Shown here in pieces: positions 30,240 to 40,341 of a stretch of DNA of 64,000 nt. The DNA is from Acholeplasmataceae bacterium. GTDB lineage: Bacteria > Bacillota_I > Bacilli_A > Acholeplasmatales > Acholeplasmataceae. Position 1 is the stretch's first letter. Each line of letters starts with the position of its first letter. A program made the translations under genes and the position numbers. The notes below the pieces were generated by a model that was given only the letters and a program-made list of their open reading frames with translations, searched no databases and was not told the origin of the DNA. The stretch lies in contig OY763415.1 of assembly GCA_963667565.1 (NCBI GenBank), positions 320,001 through 384,000 of the forward strand, written 5' to 3'.

Positions 30240-31254
30240 TCAAGCGTGCAAGGGATGTGGCGCACCACTTCAATTAGATGATAAAACAAAAAGAGGATAT
30301 GCATTAAGCCTTGAACATGAATATTGTCAAGCATGTTATCGTCTTTATCACTATGGTGAAGCAAGCGATCATTTCCATCCTGAAGATTTACCTAAATTAA
30401 ATAAAGATGGTATCGCAGTGATGGTTTCATCCGTGATGGCACTTGATATGCTTTTTGAATATCCTGTGTATCGATATGAACCAAATATGACATTTGTTTA
30501 TGTCATTAATCAAATGGATCTATTACCAAAAAGTACAAATACATCATTAATGTTTGAACATATCATGAGAAAAGCAAAAATGAAACATATTCCATTTAAA
30601 GATATTATTTTCATGACTGCTAAAAATCCTTATGACATTGAACATTTAAAATCATATCTATTAAGTTTTAAAAAGAAAGATATTTATTTTATCGGTGTAC
30701 AAAATGCTGGGAAAACGACGCTTTTTAATGCGCTCACAGAGGGTAATAAAGCGCTAGCTATGAATAAAGCAGGATTAACACAAGAAGCGATTTCTGCACA
30801 ATTATCTGATAAAGTAACACTTTGGGATATGCCTGGTTTATATCAGGAGGGATATCTTCATCAATTTCTTCCTTATCAACAATATAAGAAATTATTGCCA
30901 AGTGTAGAGATGAAACCTAAAATTTTTCAAATGAGAAAAGATCAAACGATTTTTATTGAAGGGCTAATTGCAATAACTGCAATTGAACCCATGAATATGG
31001 TGGTCTACGGATCAAGACAATTAGCGTTTCATAAAACCAATGCATTAAAGATTGATGATTTACTTTCTAAAAAAGAGACTTTTTTTAAAGTTTATGCTGA
31101 AAAATATGAAAAAAGAGTATTTAAATTGAATAAGGGTAAACAACAATTGACGTGTGCAGATTTTAGTTTCATGCATTTTACAGATGTTTCTAAAATAGAA
31201 GTCACGTATCCTAAAGATATGCATATCACCATCAGTGAGGCACTATTTTTATGA
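30229..31254 (+). CDS. yqeH: circularly permuted GTPase YqeH (30S biogenesis)
   Basis: CKGCG...CQAC zinc finger, NQMD (G4 variant), GVQNAGKT, DMPG; synteny. Confidence 0.85.
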   Translation: MNHDQACKGCGAPLQLDDKTKRGYALSLEHEYCQACYRLYHYGEASDHFHPEDLPKLNKDGIAVMVSSVMALDMLFEYPVYRYEPNMTFVYVINQMDLLPKSTNTSLMFEHIMRKAKMKHIPFKDIIFMTAKNPYDIEHLKSYLLSFKKKDIYFIGVQNAGKTTLFNALTEGNKALAMNKAGLTQEAISAQLSDKVTLWDMPGLYQEGYLHQFLPYQQYKKLLPSVEMKPKIFQMRKDQTIFIEGLIAITAIEPMNMVVYGSRQLAFHKTNALKIDDLLSKKETFFKVYAEKYEKRVFKLNKGKQQLTCADFSFMHFTDVSKIEVTYPKDMHITISEALFL

Positions 31255-31826
31255 TCAAAGATAAAATCTTGTTAGCAAAAGAACAAGTTAATCTAAAATT
31301 AAAAGATCATCCAAAGCGTTTAGCACATGTTTATGGTGTTGCAGAAACAGCTGTTAAACTTGCAAACATTTATCAACTTGACGTTGATAAAATGATGATT
31401 GCTGGTCTTTATCATGATTATGCAAAATATGAAACGATTCGTCAACAGGAACTTACTGATCAAGAATATCAGATCGTATTATCATATCCAGTAATGTTTC
31501 ATGCTTTTTATGGAGCTTACTTGATGGAAAAAAATTTAGATATTCATGATCAAGAAATGATTGAAGCAATTAAATGTCATGTTTGGGGAAAACCAAAGAT
31601 GACACCATTTGAACAAATTCTTTTTATCAGTGATTATTGTGAACCCAATCGTGATTTCATAGATACAAAAGAGATTTTTGAAATGGCAACAAAAGATTTA
31701 GATCAAACAACAAAACATTGTATGGCCATTAGCATGAATGATTTATTAAACAGAGGCTTGGTTCCAAGTCCACTACAAATAGAAGCTTATCAGTATTACC
31801 TGGAGGAAACACATGGAAAAAATTAA
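31251..31826 (+). CDS. yqeK: HD-domain Ap4A hydrolase YqeK
   Basis: RLAHVYGV, LYHDYAK, SDYCEPNR. Confidence 0.88.
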   Translation: MIKDKILLAKEQVNLKLKDHPKRLAHVYGVAETAVKLANIYQLDVDKMMIAGLYHDYAKYETIRQQELTDQEYQIVLSYPVMFHAFYGAYLMEKNLDIHDQEMIEAIKCHVWGKPKMTPFEQILFISDYCEPNRDFIDTKEIFEMATKDLDQTTKHCMAISMNDLLNRGLVPSPLQIEAYQYYLEETHGKN

Positions 31827-32127
31827 TCAAGTAATAAATGTATTAGAAGATTTAAAAGTTAGAGATTTAAAAGTGTATGATTTTGAGAAATCATCACCTT
31901 TTTATGATTACTTTGTGATTGCAACTGTCAATGAAAGACAAGGAAATGCTGCTGTAAATCACTTAAAACAAAAATTAACACTAGATGAGATCAAACATAT
32001 TGAAGGTAAGGGTGGCACTTGGGTTTTAATTGATTGCCATGATGTGATTATTCATTTATTTACTGAAGAACAAAGACAATATTATGGATTTGATCAAAGA
32101 TTGATGGACATAAAACAAGTAAAATGA
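31813..32127 (+). CDS. rsfS: ribosome silencing factor
   Basis: DYFVIAT, WVLIDCHDVIIHLF, RQYY. Confidence 0.9.
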   Translation: MEKINQVINVLEDLKVRDLKVYDFEKSSPFYDYFVIATVNERQGNAAVNHLKQKLTLDEIKHIEGKGGTWVLIDCHDVIIHLFTEEQRQYYGFDQRLMDIKQVK

Positions 32128-32765
32128 GTTTCGCACATATTTATGATGCATTAATGGCAGATATTGATTTTGAAGAAATCTATGATTTCATCAAACCATA
32201 TATTAAAGATAAAAAGACACTCATAGATGCTGGATGTGGATCAGGATATTTAACAACGCTTTTTGCCAAAGATTTTGATGTGGTCGGATTGGATATTGAT
32301 TCTGATATGCTCGCACTGGCCAAGCGAAAACTTGATCAAAACCATCTTAATGCAAAATTATTTGAACATGATTTAAATGATGAGATAGTATTAGATGCGG
32401 ATGTGATTGTTGCACTATTTGATGTTATCAATTATTTTGTTGAACCTAAAAAAGTGCTATCTCATTTTTATCAAGCTTTAAATAAAAATGGATATTTGAT
32501 TTTAGATGTTTATAAAGAAGAAATGCTAGATGTTTACGATGGCTATTTTGAAGAAGATCATGAACCTTTTTTATATGAGTGGAAAATCAATAGAGAAGGG
32601 CAAAAAATCACACATCATATTAAAGTAGACCAAAAAGAGGATCAAATCACGCAATATATTTATCCTATTCAAGTGTATAAAAAAATGTTAGAAGATATTG
32701 GATTTGATATTTTAATCACAGATGGTGTAGATGAAAGAAAACATTATATCATTGCAAAAAAATAA
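32124..32765 (+). CDS. class I SAM-dependent methyltransferase (YqeM-like)
   Basis: FAHIYDALM, DAGCGSG, DIDSDML; synteny. Confidence 0.85.
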   Translation: MSFAHIYDALMADIDFEEIYDFIKPYIKDKKTLIDAGCGSGYLTTLFAKDFDVVGLDIDSDMLALAKRKLDQNHLNAKLFEHDLNDEIVLDADVIVALFDVINYFVEPKKVLSHFYQALNKNGYLILDVYKEEMLDVYDGYFEEDHEPFLYEWKINREGQKITHHIKVDQKEDQITQYIYPIQVYKKMLEDIGFDILITDGVDERKHYIIAKK

Positions 32766-32780
32766 GTAAAAAATATATAG

Positions 32781-32812
32781 ATGCCTCTATGATGAAATGG
32801 AGGTATTTTTTT
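32781..32812 (+). terminator. terminator-like hairpin whose 3' arm holds the comEA SD
   Basis: ATGCCTCTAT-GATGAA-ATGGAGGTAT stem followed by T-run ending at ATG 32813. Confidence 0.7.
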
Positions 32813-33319
32813 ATGCAAAAAAAATTATTTATCATTTGGTTTATCACAATCATGCTTGTAATTGTACTATTTCCCAAAACAGAAAAAGATGATGTCTATC
32901 TAGGTGTAGAAAATGAATATCCATATATTGAGGTGACGATTGTTGGGGAAGTATATTTTCCTGGAACATACACTTTTTTCAAAGATATTACATATAAAGA
33001 TGTCATTGACCAAGCAGGTGGACTCACCATTAACGCAAATACAGAAGTGATTAATTATCAAAAGGCAGTAACAACGAATACAACGATTACGATTGAGTCA
33101 AAAGAAAAATCCGAAAATGATATTGCTATCATGGTTAATATTAACGAAGCTAGTTTTGCTGATTTACTCACTATACCTTACATGTCTGAAACAAAAGCAG
33201 CAAATATAATTATCTATAGAGAAAAAAATGGTGCATTTAAATCCATTGAAGATCTTGTCTTAGTCAAATATATAGGAACTGCGACACTTGAAAAAATTAG
33301 ACCTTACATCACTATTTGA
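32813..33319 (+). CDS. comEA: competence DNA receptor ComEA (TM + SLBB + HhH)
   Basis: GEVYFPG, AGG, VNINEAS...IIIYREKNGAFKSIEDL..VKYIG. Confidence 0.9.
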   Translation: MQKKLFIIWFITIMLVIVLFPKTEKDDVYLGVENEYPYIEVTIVGEVYFPGTYTFFKDITYKDVIDQAGGLTINANTEVINYQKAVTTNTTITIESKEKSENDIAIMVNINEASFADLLTIPYMSETKAANIIIYREKNGAFKSIEDLVLVKYIGTATLEKIRPYITI

Positions 33320-35357
33320 TCATTTATATATTGAAGTATTTGCTACATTTTTTTTCATATTAGGATTTCATATATGGTATTTTTTTATGATATGTATGAT
33401 CTATATAGTGCTGATATTTAGACATATTCATACATTGAGATTGATGATACTTTTTTTCATGATATGTATAGGGTTTTATATTGTGCATGTAAAATCAGAA
33501 GTGACTCTAGTTGATGGGGAAGCGAAAGTCGTTGAAATGATGACATATGATGATTATCAAAAACTTACCATCAGATACCATTTCATTAAATATCATGTGT
33601 ATAGCCAAGGTGCAATTTATAAGATTGGTGATGTGATTTATATAAAAGGAGAAGTCATAAATTACAGGCATCAAAGCGTACCTTATGGATTTGATTTTTA
33701 TGAATACTATATATCCAATCAAATCTTTGGGAAAATAGAGACGAATGAAATCCATCTCATCAAGCATCATTTCGGATTTTATAGTTTAAGGGAAAAAATA
33801 AAAAACCATGTTTCTGACACGATGGTTTTATCTTTAATCTTCAATGAAAAAAGTAGTGATGATGAAATTCAAAATCAGTTTAAATCACTAGATTTATTAT
33901 TTTTAGTACAAGTTTCAGGTATTCATTTGTTTATTTTTGTAAAGATGATAAAGAAAATATTGTTTTATCTTGATGTTTCTAAACAAAATACATCTCTGTT
34001 AATCACTATGTTTTATCTTATTGTTTTATATTTATCTAAATTTGATTTAAGTGTCATCCGTCTTTCGTTAGCATTTGTGATTTTACAATTTGATAAAACA
34101 CATGAGTTAAACATGCTATCTATTGATAGGTTAAGTTTAGTATTTATCATTATGATATGTATTGATCCGCATCTTTATTATAGTTATTCTTTTTTGTTGA
34201 TGATTCTTATTTTATACAGTATTGAATTAATAGGTCCATTATTTAATCAAGAAAGATCACTTATAAGAAGATATTTGATCAGTTTATTGATTATGGTTGT
34301 TTTATTGCCATTTAATAATCATTTATCTTTATTATATTTGCTTATCGCACCTCTAGTCATGGTTATGATGAGTACGATTGTCTATCCATTGACATGGTTA
34401 GTATTCATTCAGCCATCGATTGCTGTGATTTATGATCCAATCATGCATATGCTAAATGATTTGCTCAATAGATTAGTATCAAATAATATAACGATTTCAT
34501 ATCATCACCTTGAGTGGTATGAAATCATATGTTTGTATGCATCTTTGGTTTTTTTGATTTACTCAAAAACATTTATTTCATTTGTTAAAAGGAGTTTTAT
34601 TTATCTTTTGATCTTGATGATACCTACTTTAATGTATGTGGGAATAAGCCAAGATGCACTTTATATGATTGATGTGGGTCAAGGAGATGGGTTTTTAATT
34701 AAATTAGATCATCAATATATCATTGTTGATTGTTTTAAAAATACTAAAAATTTAGTTGAAAATTTAGGGATTCATCACATTGATTATTTGATTTTAACGC
34801 ATAGTGATGAAGATCACACATTGGAAGCTCAAGATTTGATAGATCATTTTGATGTTTCACACATCATCTTAAATGCTTATGATCGAAATTATGAATCATA
34901 TCAAGGTCACATCTCAAGGATTAAAGCAGGGGACTTTATAGAATTAGAGAATCAAACCATTCATTTTTATAATCCAATCAGAGATTATCAAGATGCTAAT
35001 AATAACTCACTTGTCTTTAAAATTCATATAGGAAACTATGATTTTTTAATGACTGGAGATATTGAAAAGGTTGCTGAAGAGGCTATGGTAGAAAAGTATC
35101 ACTACATGTTAAAAAGTGATGTATTAAAAATTGCACATCATGGCTCAGATACATCTTCAAGTCTTCTATTTCTAAAAACAGTTGATCCACAAATCGCATT
35201 GATATCAGTTGGGAAAAACAATCAATTTGGATTTCCATCTAATCAAACGATTCAAAGACTTATGGATTTAAATATCTTAATCTATCGAAGCGATGATGAT
35301 GGAACAGTCATCTATAAGTATCAATTCAATCATCAAAAATGGGTAACTTACCTATGA
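33288..35357 (+). CDS. comEC: competence channel ComEC with metallo-beta-lactamase domain
   Basis: VSGIH in the TM domain, DVGQGD, THSDEDH, TGDIE, KIAHHGS; start uncertain. Confidence 0.9.
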   Translation: MKKLDLTSLFDHLYIEVFATFFFILGFHIWYFFMICMIYIVLIFRHIHTLRLMILFFMICIGFYIVHVKSEVTLVDGEAKVVEMMTYDDYQKLTIRYHFIKYHVYSQGAIYKIGDVIYIKGEVINYRHQSVPYGFDFYEYYISNQIFGKIETNEIHLIKHHFGFYSLREKIKNHVSDTMVLSLIFNEKSSDDEIQNQFKSLDLLFLVQVSGIHLFIFVKMIKKILFYLDVSKQNTSLLITMFYLIVLYLSKFDLSVIRLSLAFVILQFDKTHELNMLSIDRLSLVFIIMICIDPHLYYSYSFLLMILILYSIELIGPLFNQERSLIRRYLISLLIMVVLLPFNNHLSLLYLLIAPLVMVMMSTIVYPLTWLVFIQPSIAVIYDPIMHMLNDLLNRLVSNNITISYHHLEWYEIICLYASLVFLIYSKTFISFVKRSFIYLLILMIPTLMYVGISQDALYMIDVGQGDGFLIKLDHQYIIVDCFKNTKNLVENLGIHHIDYLILTHSDEDHTLEAQDLIDHFDVSHIILNAYDRNYESYQGHISRIKAGDFIELENQTIHFYNPIRDYQDANNNSLVFKIHIGNYDFLMTGDIEKVAEEAMVEKYHYMLKSDVLKIAHHGSDTSSSLLFLKTVDPQIALISVGKNNQFGFPSNQTIQRLMDLNILIYRSDDDGTVIYKYQFNHQKWVTYL

Positions 35358-35406
35358 ATTATGATGTTTTTTTAGTATAATAAGAAAGAACACTTTGGAG
35401 GCTCAT

Positions 35407-36354
35407 ATGAAAGAATTCATCTACGTATTTAAAGGCAAAAATTCATATTTAGTAAAACAAGCCATAGAGAACCATATCAAAAGTTTAGATGTGGATCCTT
35501 TTAACATTTTAAGATATGACTTATCAGAAAATAATGGTGATGATGTTTTAGAAGAACTTCAAACAATCGCGTTTTTTGCAGATCTAAAAATTGTCGTATT
35601 ATCTCATATAGAAAATTTTGATAGTTTGTCTGAAAGTGAACAAAAAACATGGACTAAATATTTTCAAAAACCAAACCCAGATGTGATGCTTATTATTGAA
35701 TTAGACAGCAATCTAACATTATCTAAAACATTAAATGAGTTAATGACATCATATACATATTTAGAAGAAATCAAGGAATTAGATAAAGAGGATTACCCAA
35801 AATTTATCATATCGCTTCTTGAGAGTGAATCATATTTTATGAGTTTAAAAGCGATTGAATTATTATTGGATCGTACGAATTATGAATTCAATTTGATTGA
35901 ACAAGAATTAAATAAACTTAAAATCTTTAAAATTGATGATAAAAATATTAATGAACATGATGTGTTATCTTTAGTTCCAAGAAATTTAGAAGATAATATC
36001 TTTGAATTAACGAATGCAATGATCGATAAAAATCAAGCAAGAACGATGGAAATTTATGAAGATTTGATTGCTCAAAATGAAGATCCATTACGTATCCTTA
36101 ATTTCATTGCTAGCAAGATGAGAGAGTTGTTTCATGCAAGATTACTCATTCAAAAAGGTTATGGAAAAGATGAAATTGCAAATCATTTTGGATATAGTTT
36201 GGGAAGAACTTATTACTTAATGAAAAATGCATCGACACAATCTGTTGATCAATTTGAAAAACATTTAAAAAAATTATCACAACTAGACTATGAAATAAAA
36301 TCTGGACAAAAAGATAAAAAGCTTGGTTTAGAATTATATTTGTTAGGAGCGTAA
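35407..36354 (+). CDS. holA: DNA polymerase III delta subunit
   Basis: QELNKL, NIFELT, LDYEIKSG; follows comEC as in Bacilli. Confidence 0.92.
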   Translation: MKEFIYVFKGKNSYLVKQAIENHIKSLDVDPFNILRYDLSENNGDDVLEELQTIAFFADLKIVVLSHIENFDSLSESEQKTWTKYFQKPNPDVMLIIELDSNLTLSKTLNELMTSYTYLEEIKELDKEDYPKFIISLLESESYFMSLKAIELLLDRTNYEFNLIEQELNKLKIFKIDDKNINEHDVLSLVPRNLEDNIFELTNAMIDKNQARTMEIYEDLIAQNEDPLRILNFIASKMRELFHARLLIQKGYGKDEIANHFGYSLGRTYYLMKNASTQSVDQFEKHLKKLSQLDYEIKSGQKDKKLGLELYLLGA

Positions 36355-36356
36355 TT

Positions 36357-37016
36357 ATGTTTACACACAAAAGAGTATTGTTATTTGATTTTGAGACAAC
36401 TGGATTAAATCCATTGTTTGAACAAATCATTGAAATTGGTGCAATTGTCTTAGAGAAGCGTGATGGTAAATATGAGATTGTTGATGAATTGTCGACACTT
36501 GTAGAAGCATCTAAGGCATTACCACCTAAAATTATCGAAATTACTCATATTACTGATGAAATGCTACTTAGAGATGGAATTGCTGAAGCACTTGCATTCC
36601 AAAGATTGTTTGAAATGTATCAAGATGAAAACACGTTGTTAATCGCATATAATATTATGTTCGACTTAGGGTTTTTAACAGCGTTATTTAGAAAGTATTA
36701 TAAACCTCAATTTGAAATAAAAAATGACATCCTGGATGTCATGGCTATTTATAAAGATCGTCACAAGTTTCCTCATCGATTAGATAATGCTGTTTCTCAA
36801 TATCAAATTGATATTAAAAACACACATCGTGCATTAGATGATATTAAAGCAACGTATGAAGTGTTATTAAAAATGGATAAAGAAAAATCAAATGTATCAG
36901 ATTATGTCAACAAAATTGGATATAATCCAAAATATGGTGTCAGTGGAAGAAGACTTCCACATGTAAAATATATTGCACAATATGGTGGACGCTTAGAAAT
37001 TGAACACGATAGATAA
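36357..37016 (+). CDS. stand-alone DEDDh 3'-5' exonuclease (DnaQ/PolC-exo-like)
   Basis: DFETTG, AYNIMFD, HRALDD. Confidence 0.9.
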   Translation: MFTHKRVLLFDFETTGLNPLFEQIIEIGAIVLEKRDGKYEIVDELSTLVEASKALPPKIIEITHITDEMLLRDGIAEALAFQRLFEMYQDENTLLIAYNIMFDLGFLTALFRKYYKPQFEIKNDILDVMAIYKDRHKFPHRLDNAVSQYQIDIKNTHRALDDIKATYEVLLKMDKEKSNVSDYVNKIGYNPKYGVSGRRLPHVKYIAQYGGRLEIEHDR

Positions 37017-37049
37017 AAAAAAGAAGCATCCTCTAGATGCTTCTCTTTT
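37015..37049. terminator. bidirectional terminator
   Basis: AGAAGCATC-CTCTA-GATGCTTCT between convergent genes. Confidence 0.8.
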
Positions 37050-37308
37050 ATAGGCTGTTAACCAATTTAGATAGTTGAGATTTATGTCTTGCTACAAAGT
37101 TTCTATGATAAATACCTTTTGCAAGTCCTTTATCAAGTTTCTTATGTGCAAAAGATAATTTTTCTACCGCTAGTTCCTTATCATTTGCTTGAACTGCTGC
37201 TTCAACAGCTTTAACTGCAGTTTTCACTGATGATTTAAATGATGCGTTGGTTAAACGACGTTTTTCATTGGTTTTATTGCGTTTGATTTGTTGTTTAATA
37301 TTAGCCAC
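37048..37308 (-). CDS. rpsT: 30S ribosomal protein S20
   Basis: MANIKQQIKR..., KGIYHRN; GTG start after GGAGGTG. Confidence 0.97.
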   Translation of the reverse strand: MANIKQQIKRNKTNEKRRLTNASFKSSVKTAVKAVEAAVQANDKELAVEKLSFAHKKLDKGLAKGIYHRNFVARHKSQLSKLVNSL

Positions 37309-37423
37309 AATTTCACCTCCTACATTTGCATACTTATTGTATCAAAACGAGATTAAAAATGCAACAATAATTGTTGATTTATGGTAAAATAGATATGAAA
37401 AAACATAGTATAAGAAGGATTTT

Positions 37424-37993
37424 ATGACCACAGCAAATAAAATTACGATAATTAGATTTATCATGATTCCAATCATGCTCGTAATCATCTACATAAACCC
37501 ACTTAAAGACGATATTGGATTCCTCAATTTATCGATAGGTGCTTTTATTTTTGCAGTATTGTTTGTGATTGCTGCATTAACTGATTTTTTAGATGGTTAT
37601 ATTGCAAGAAAATACAATCAAATTACAACTTTTGGAAAGTTTTTGGATCCAATTGCTGATAAAGTGCTTGTATTAGTAGCAATGTTATATTTAATGACAA
37701 TTGATCCATCAAGAGTTCCTTTATGGGCAGTCATGATTGTCATTGTTAGAGAATTTGTTGTAACAAGCATAAGACTCATTGCAGTTGATCAAGGTTTAGT
37801 GATTGCGGCAAGTCCTTATGGAAAGATTAAAACGGCATCAACCATGGTTGCACTCGTTATTTTATTATTTAATGATTTTGGTATGACACCATGGATTGGT
37901 AATATCATTTTCTATTTTGCTATTTTAATGACATTAATCAGTGGTATTGATTATTTTATGAAAAATAGAAAAAGCATTTTAGCAAGTATATAA
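37424..37993 (+). CDS. pgsA: CDP-diacylglycerol--glycerol-3-phosphate phosphatidyltransferase
   Basis: TDFLDGYIARK...FGKFLDPIADK; precedes recA. Confidence 0.95.
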   Translation: MTTANKITIIRFIMIPIMLVIIYINPLKDDIGFLNLSIGAFIFAVLFVIAALTDFLDGYIARKYNQITTFGKFLDPIADKVLVLVAMLYLMTIDPSRVPLWAVMIVIVREFVVTSIRLIAVDQGLVIAASPYGKIKTASTMVALVILLFNDFGMTPWIGNIIFYFAILMTLISGIDYFMKNRKSILASI

Positions 37994-38040
37994 AAAGTAA
38001 AAGAACATAAAATTGATTATTATAATGATGGAGGTATTTC

Positions 38041-39042
38041 ATGGATAAAGATAAAAGATCGCAAGCACTTGAAGCTGCAATGAAACAAATTGAAAAACAA
38101 TATGGTAAGGGAGCAGTCATGCGACTTGGAGATGAAGCTGACCATCATGTTGCTGCAAATCCAACAGGCTCACTTGCACTTGATATTGCACTTGGTATCG
38201 GTGGATACCCTAAAGGAAGAATTATTGAAATTTATGGACCAGAAAGTTCAGGGAAAACAACACTTGCACTTCATGCAATTGCAGAAGTTCAAAAACGTGG
38301 TGGATATGTTGCATTTATTGATGCTGAACACGCTTTAGATCCAAAATATGCAAAAGCATTAGGTGTAGATATTGATGCATTAATCTTATCTCAACCAGAC
38401 ACTGGTGAACAAGCATTAGAAATTGCTGAAGCTTTGATTCGTTCAGGCTCTATTGATACTATCGTTGTCGATAGTGTTGCAGCACTTGTTCCTGAAGCAG
38501 AAATTAATGGTGATATGGGAGATTCTCATGTGGGTCTTCAAGCAAGATTGATGTCACAAGCCATGAGAAAATTATCTGGTGTTATATCAAAATCTGGATC
38601 AACTGCAATTTTCATTAATCAAATTCGTGAAAAAGTAGGAGTTATGTTTGGTAATCCTGAAACTACTCCTGGTGGACGTGCACTTAAATTCTATTCAAGT
38701 GTAAGATTAGAAATTAGAAGATCAGAAGCACTTAAAGAAGGAAATGACATTATTGGTAATAAAGCAAACATTAAAGTTGTTAAAAATAAAGTTGCACCTC
38801 CTTTTAAAACAGTTAGTGTTGATATCATTTATGGACAAGGTATTTCTAAAACTGGTGCATTAATTGATTTAGCATCTGACTTAGAGTTAGTTAAAAAGAG
38901 TGGTGCATGGTATGCATACAAAGATGAAAAAATTGGTCAAGGTAGAGAAAATGCTAAAACTTATTTAGCAGAACATCCAGATGTTTATCAAGAATTATTT
39001 GATAAAGTCTTAGAACATTATCACATTTCATACGACGCATAA
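38041..39042 (+). CDS. recA: recombinase RecA
   Basis: [29 protein letters not shown]. Confidence 0.99.
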   Translation: MDKDKRSQALEAAMKQIEKQYGKGAVMRLGDEADHHVAANPTGSLALDIALGIGGYPKGRIIEIYGPESSGKTTLALHAIAEVQKRGGYVAFIDAEHALDPKYAKALGVDIDALILSQPDTGEQALEIAEALIRSGSIDTIVVDSVAALVPEAEINGDMGDSHVGLQARLMSQAMRKLSGVISKSGSTAIFINQIREKVGVMFGNPETTPGGRALKFYSSVRLEIRRSEALKEGNDIIGNKANIKVVKNKVAPPFKTVSVDIIYGQGISKTGALIDLASDLELVKKSGAWYAYKDEKIGQGRENAKTYLAEHPDVYQELFDKVLEHYHISYDA

Positions 39043-39043
39043 T

Positions 39044-39073
39044 AAAAAGCGCTAAAATTAGCGCTTTTGTTTT
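39044..39073. terminator. bidirectional terminator
   Basis: AAAAGCGCTAA-AA-TTAGCGCTTTT. Confidence 0.85.
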
Positions 39074-39419
39074 ATATTTTATGACCTTCTTCAATTACAA
39101 TACAAATAAAGCTAAAGGTTTCTTCACCAGCGTTTCTAAATTGATGGATGGTATTTCCAGGAACATATGCATAAGAACCTTTGGTCACCTTATGTATGGT
39201 ATCACCAATCAGTAATTCGCCTTGTCCTTCTAAAACATAATTAACATGATACCAAGGGTGACTATGCTTAGGTGTATATCCACCTTTTTCAACATGTAGT
39301 ACACGTAATACATGTCCTTCCCACCCTTCTTTAGGTGAAACTAATACTTGAATTGATGCATCTTTGACAAGATCACCATTTAACTTAATTTGATTTAAGT
39401 CTTTGACATGTCCAACCAT
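39072..39419 (-). CDS. cupin domain protein
   Basis: HSHPWYH and PGNTIHQFRN metal motifs; ATG at 39419 after AGGAG. Confidence 0.88.
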   Translation of the reverse strand: MVGHVKDLNQIKLNGDLVKDASIQVLVSPKEGWEGHVLRVLHVEKGGYTPKHSHPWYHVNYVLEGQGELLIGDTIHKVTKGSYAYVPGNTIHQFRNAGEETFSFICIVIEEGHKI

Positions 39420-39502
39420 GATAAAACTCCTTTGATTTGTATTGATATTCATATCTTATCATAAGTTTATATGCTTTATGTAGGAATTGACTGAGAAACT
39501 TA

Positions 39503-39528
39503 AAAAAAAAGGACAAGCAATGTCCTTT
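39503..39528 (-). terminator. intrinsic terminator (minus strand)
   Basis: AAAGGACA-TTGCT-TGTCCTTT followed by T-run on the minus strand. Confidence 0.75.
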
Positions 39529-40133
39529 TATATGACTGTATTAGGGTTATAATCTTTCAAGTTAATTTTTACATATTTAACTGTTTCTAATGATTGACCC
39601 GCTGAACTATAGTTTATACTTACTTTTAAATATAATATAGGATCAGTGACATTGATAAATAATAATGTTCTATGAGGCAATTCATAATTATATGTAAGTA
39701 ACATATTGAAATTTGTACCTTCAGTTAACGTAAGTGCATTTCCTAAATGTGAGTAATCTAACCAGTTTGTTTGAAGTACAGGTGTTAAAACCACACTTGT
39801 AACATCATAAGTAGAAGCACTATCATAATTAAATCTAAATTGGTAATATCCATTTGTTGTAATTGTACCTTCTTCATCCATCTCTAGATTTCTAAGTGTT
39901 AACCATTCGAAATTCAAGTTGATTAAATCAAGATTATCGATATTTTCAAAGTTTCTAACATATTCAGTATTGGTGTCATCAAAACTGACTTTACTGTGAG
40001 CTAAATAAGTACCAACATAAGCTAAAAGAATTAAGGTTGTTGGTATAACAATGGCAACAGTATATAATAATATCTTTATTCTATTGCTATGAAACCATTT
40101 GAGTTTACTGTGTTTTTTTATAGACGTAGGCAT
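39528..40133 (-). CDS. hypothetical single-pass membrane protein
   Basis: AGGAG SD, basic N-terminus, one TM, beta-rich external domain. Confidence 0.75.
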   Translation of the reverse strand: MPTSIKKHSKLKWFHSNRIKILLYTVAIVIPTTLILLAYVGTYLAHSKVSFDDTNTEYVRNFENIDNLDLINLNFEWLTLRNLEMDEEGTITTNGYYQFRFNYDSASTYDVTSVVLTPVLQTNWLDYSHLGNALTLTEGTNFNMLLTYNYELPHRTLLFINVTDPILYLKVSINYSSAGQSLETVKYVKINLKDYNPNTVI

Positions 40134-40238
40134 ATATAATCTCCTTGTTCATTTACTATCATTTATTATTATACAATAAAAATACGAAATTGAAAGTTTT
40201 ACTTTAGTTTTGTGTTCAAATTATCATAGACTTCTTCA

Positions 40239-40268
40239 TTGACTTAAGTGCTAAAAATCATGTATAAT
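40239..40268 (+). promoter_or_regulatory. sigma-A promoter of rny
   Basis: TTGACT-18 bp-TATAAT. Confidence 0.65.
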
Positions 40269-40341
40269 AATTGTATAAAGTTATATTATTATTAGTTTAA
40301 AATTAGACTTTAAAATAAACAAATTAAATGGAGGTGGGAGA

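Noticed and set aside
38002..38013. Possible LexA (GAAC-N4-GTTC) box upstream of recA
   Set aside because: Reads GAACATAAAATT; the second half-site does not match.
39503..39528. AAAGGACA-N5-TGTCCTTT resembling the 61169/61787 dyad
   Set aside because: The spacer differs, and it sits right at the stop of a minus-strand gene with a T-run, so a terminator explains it.
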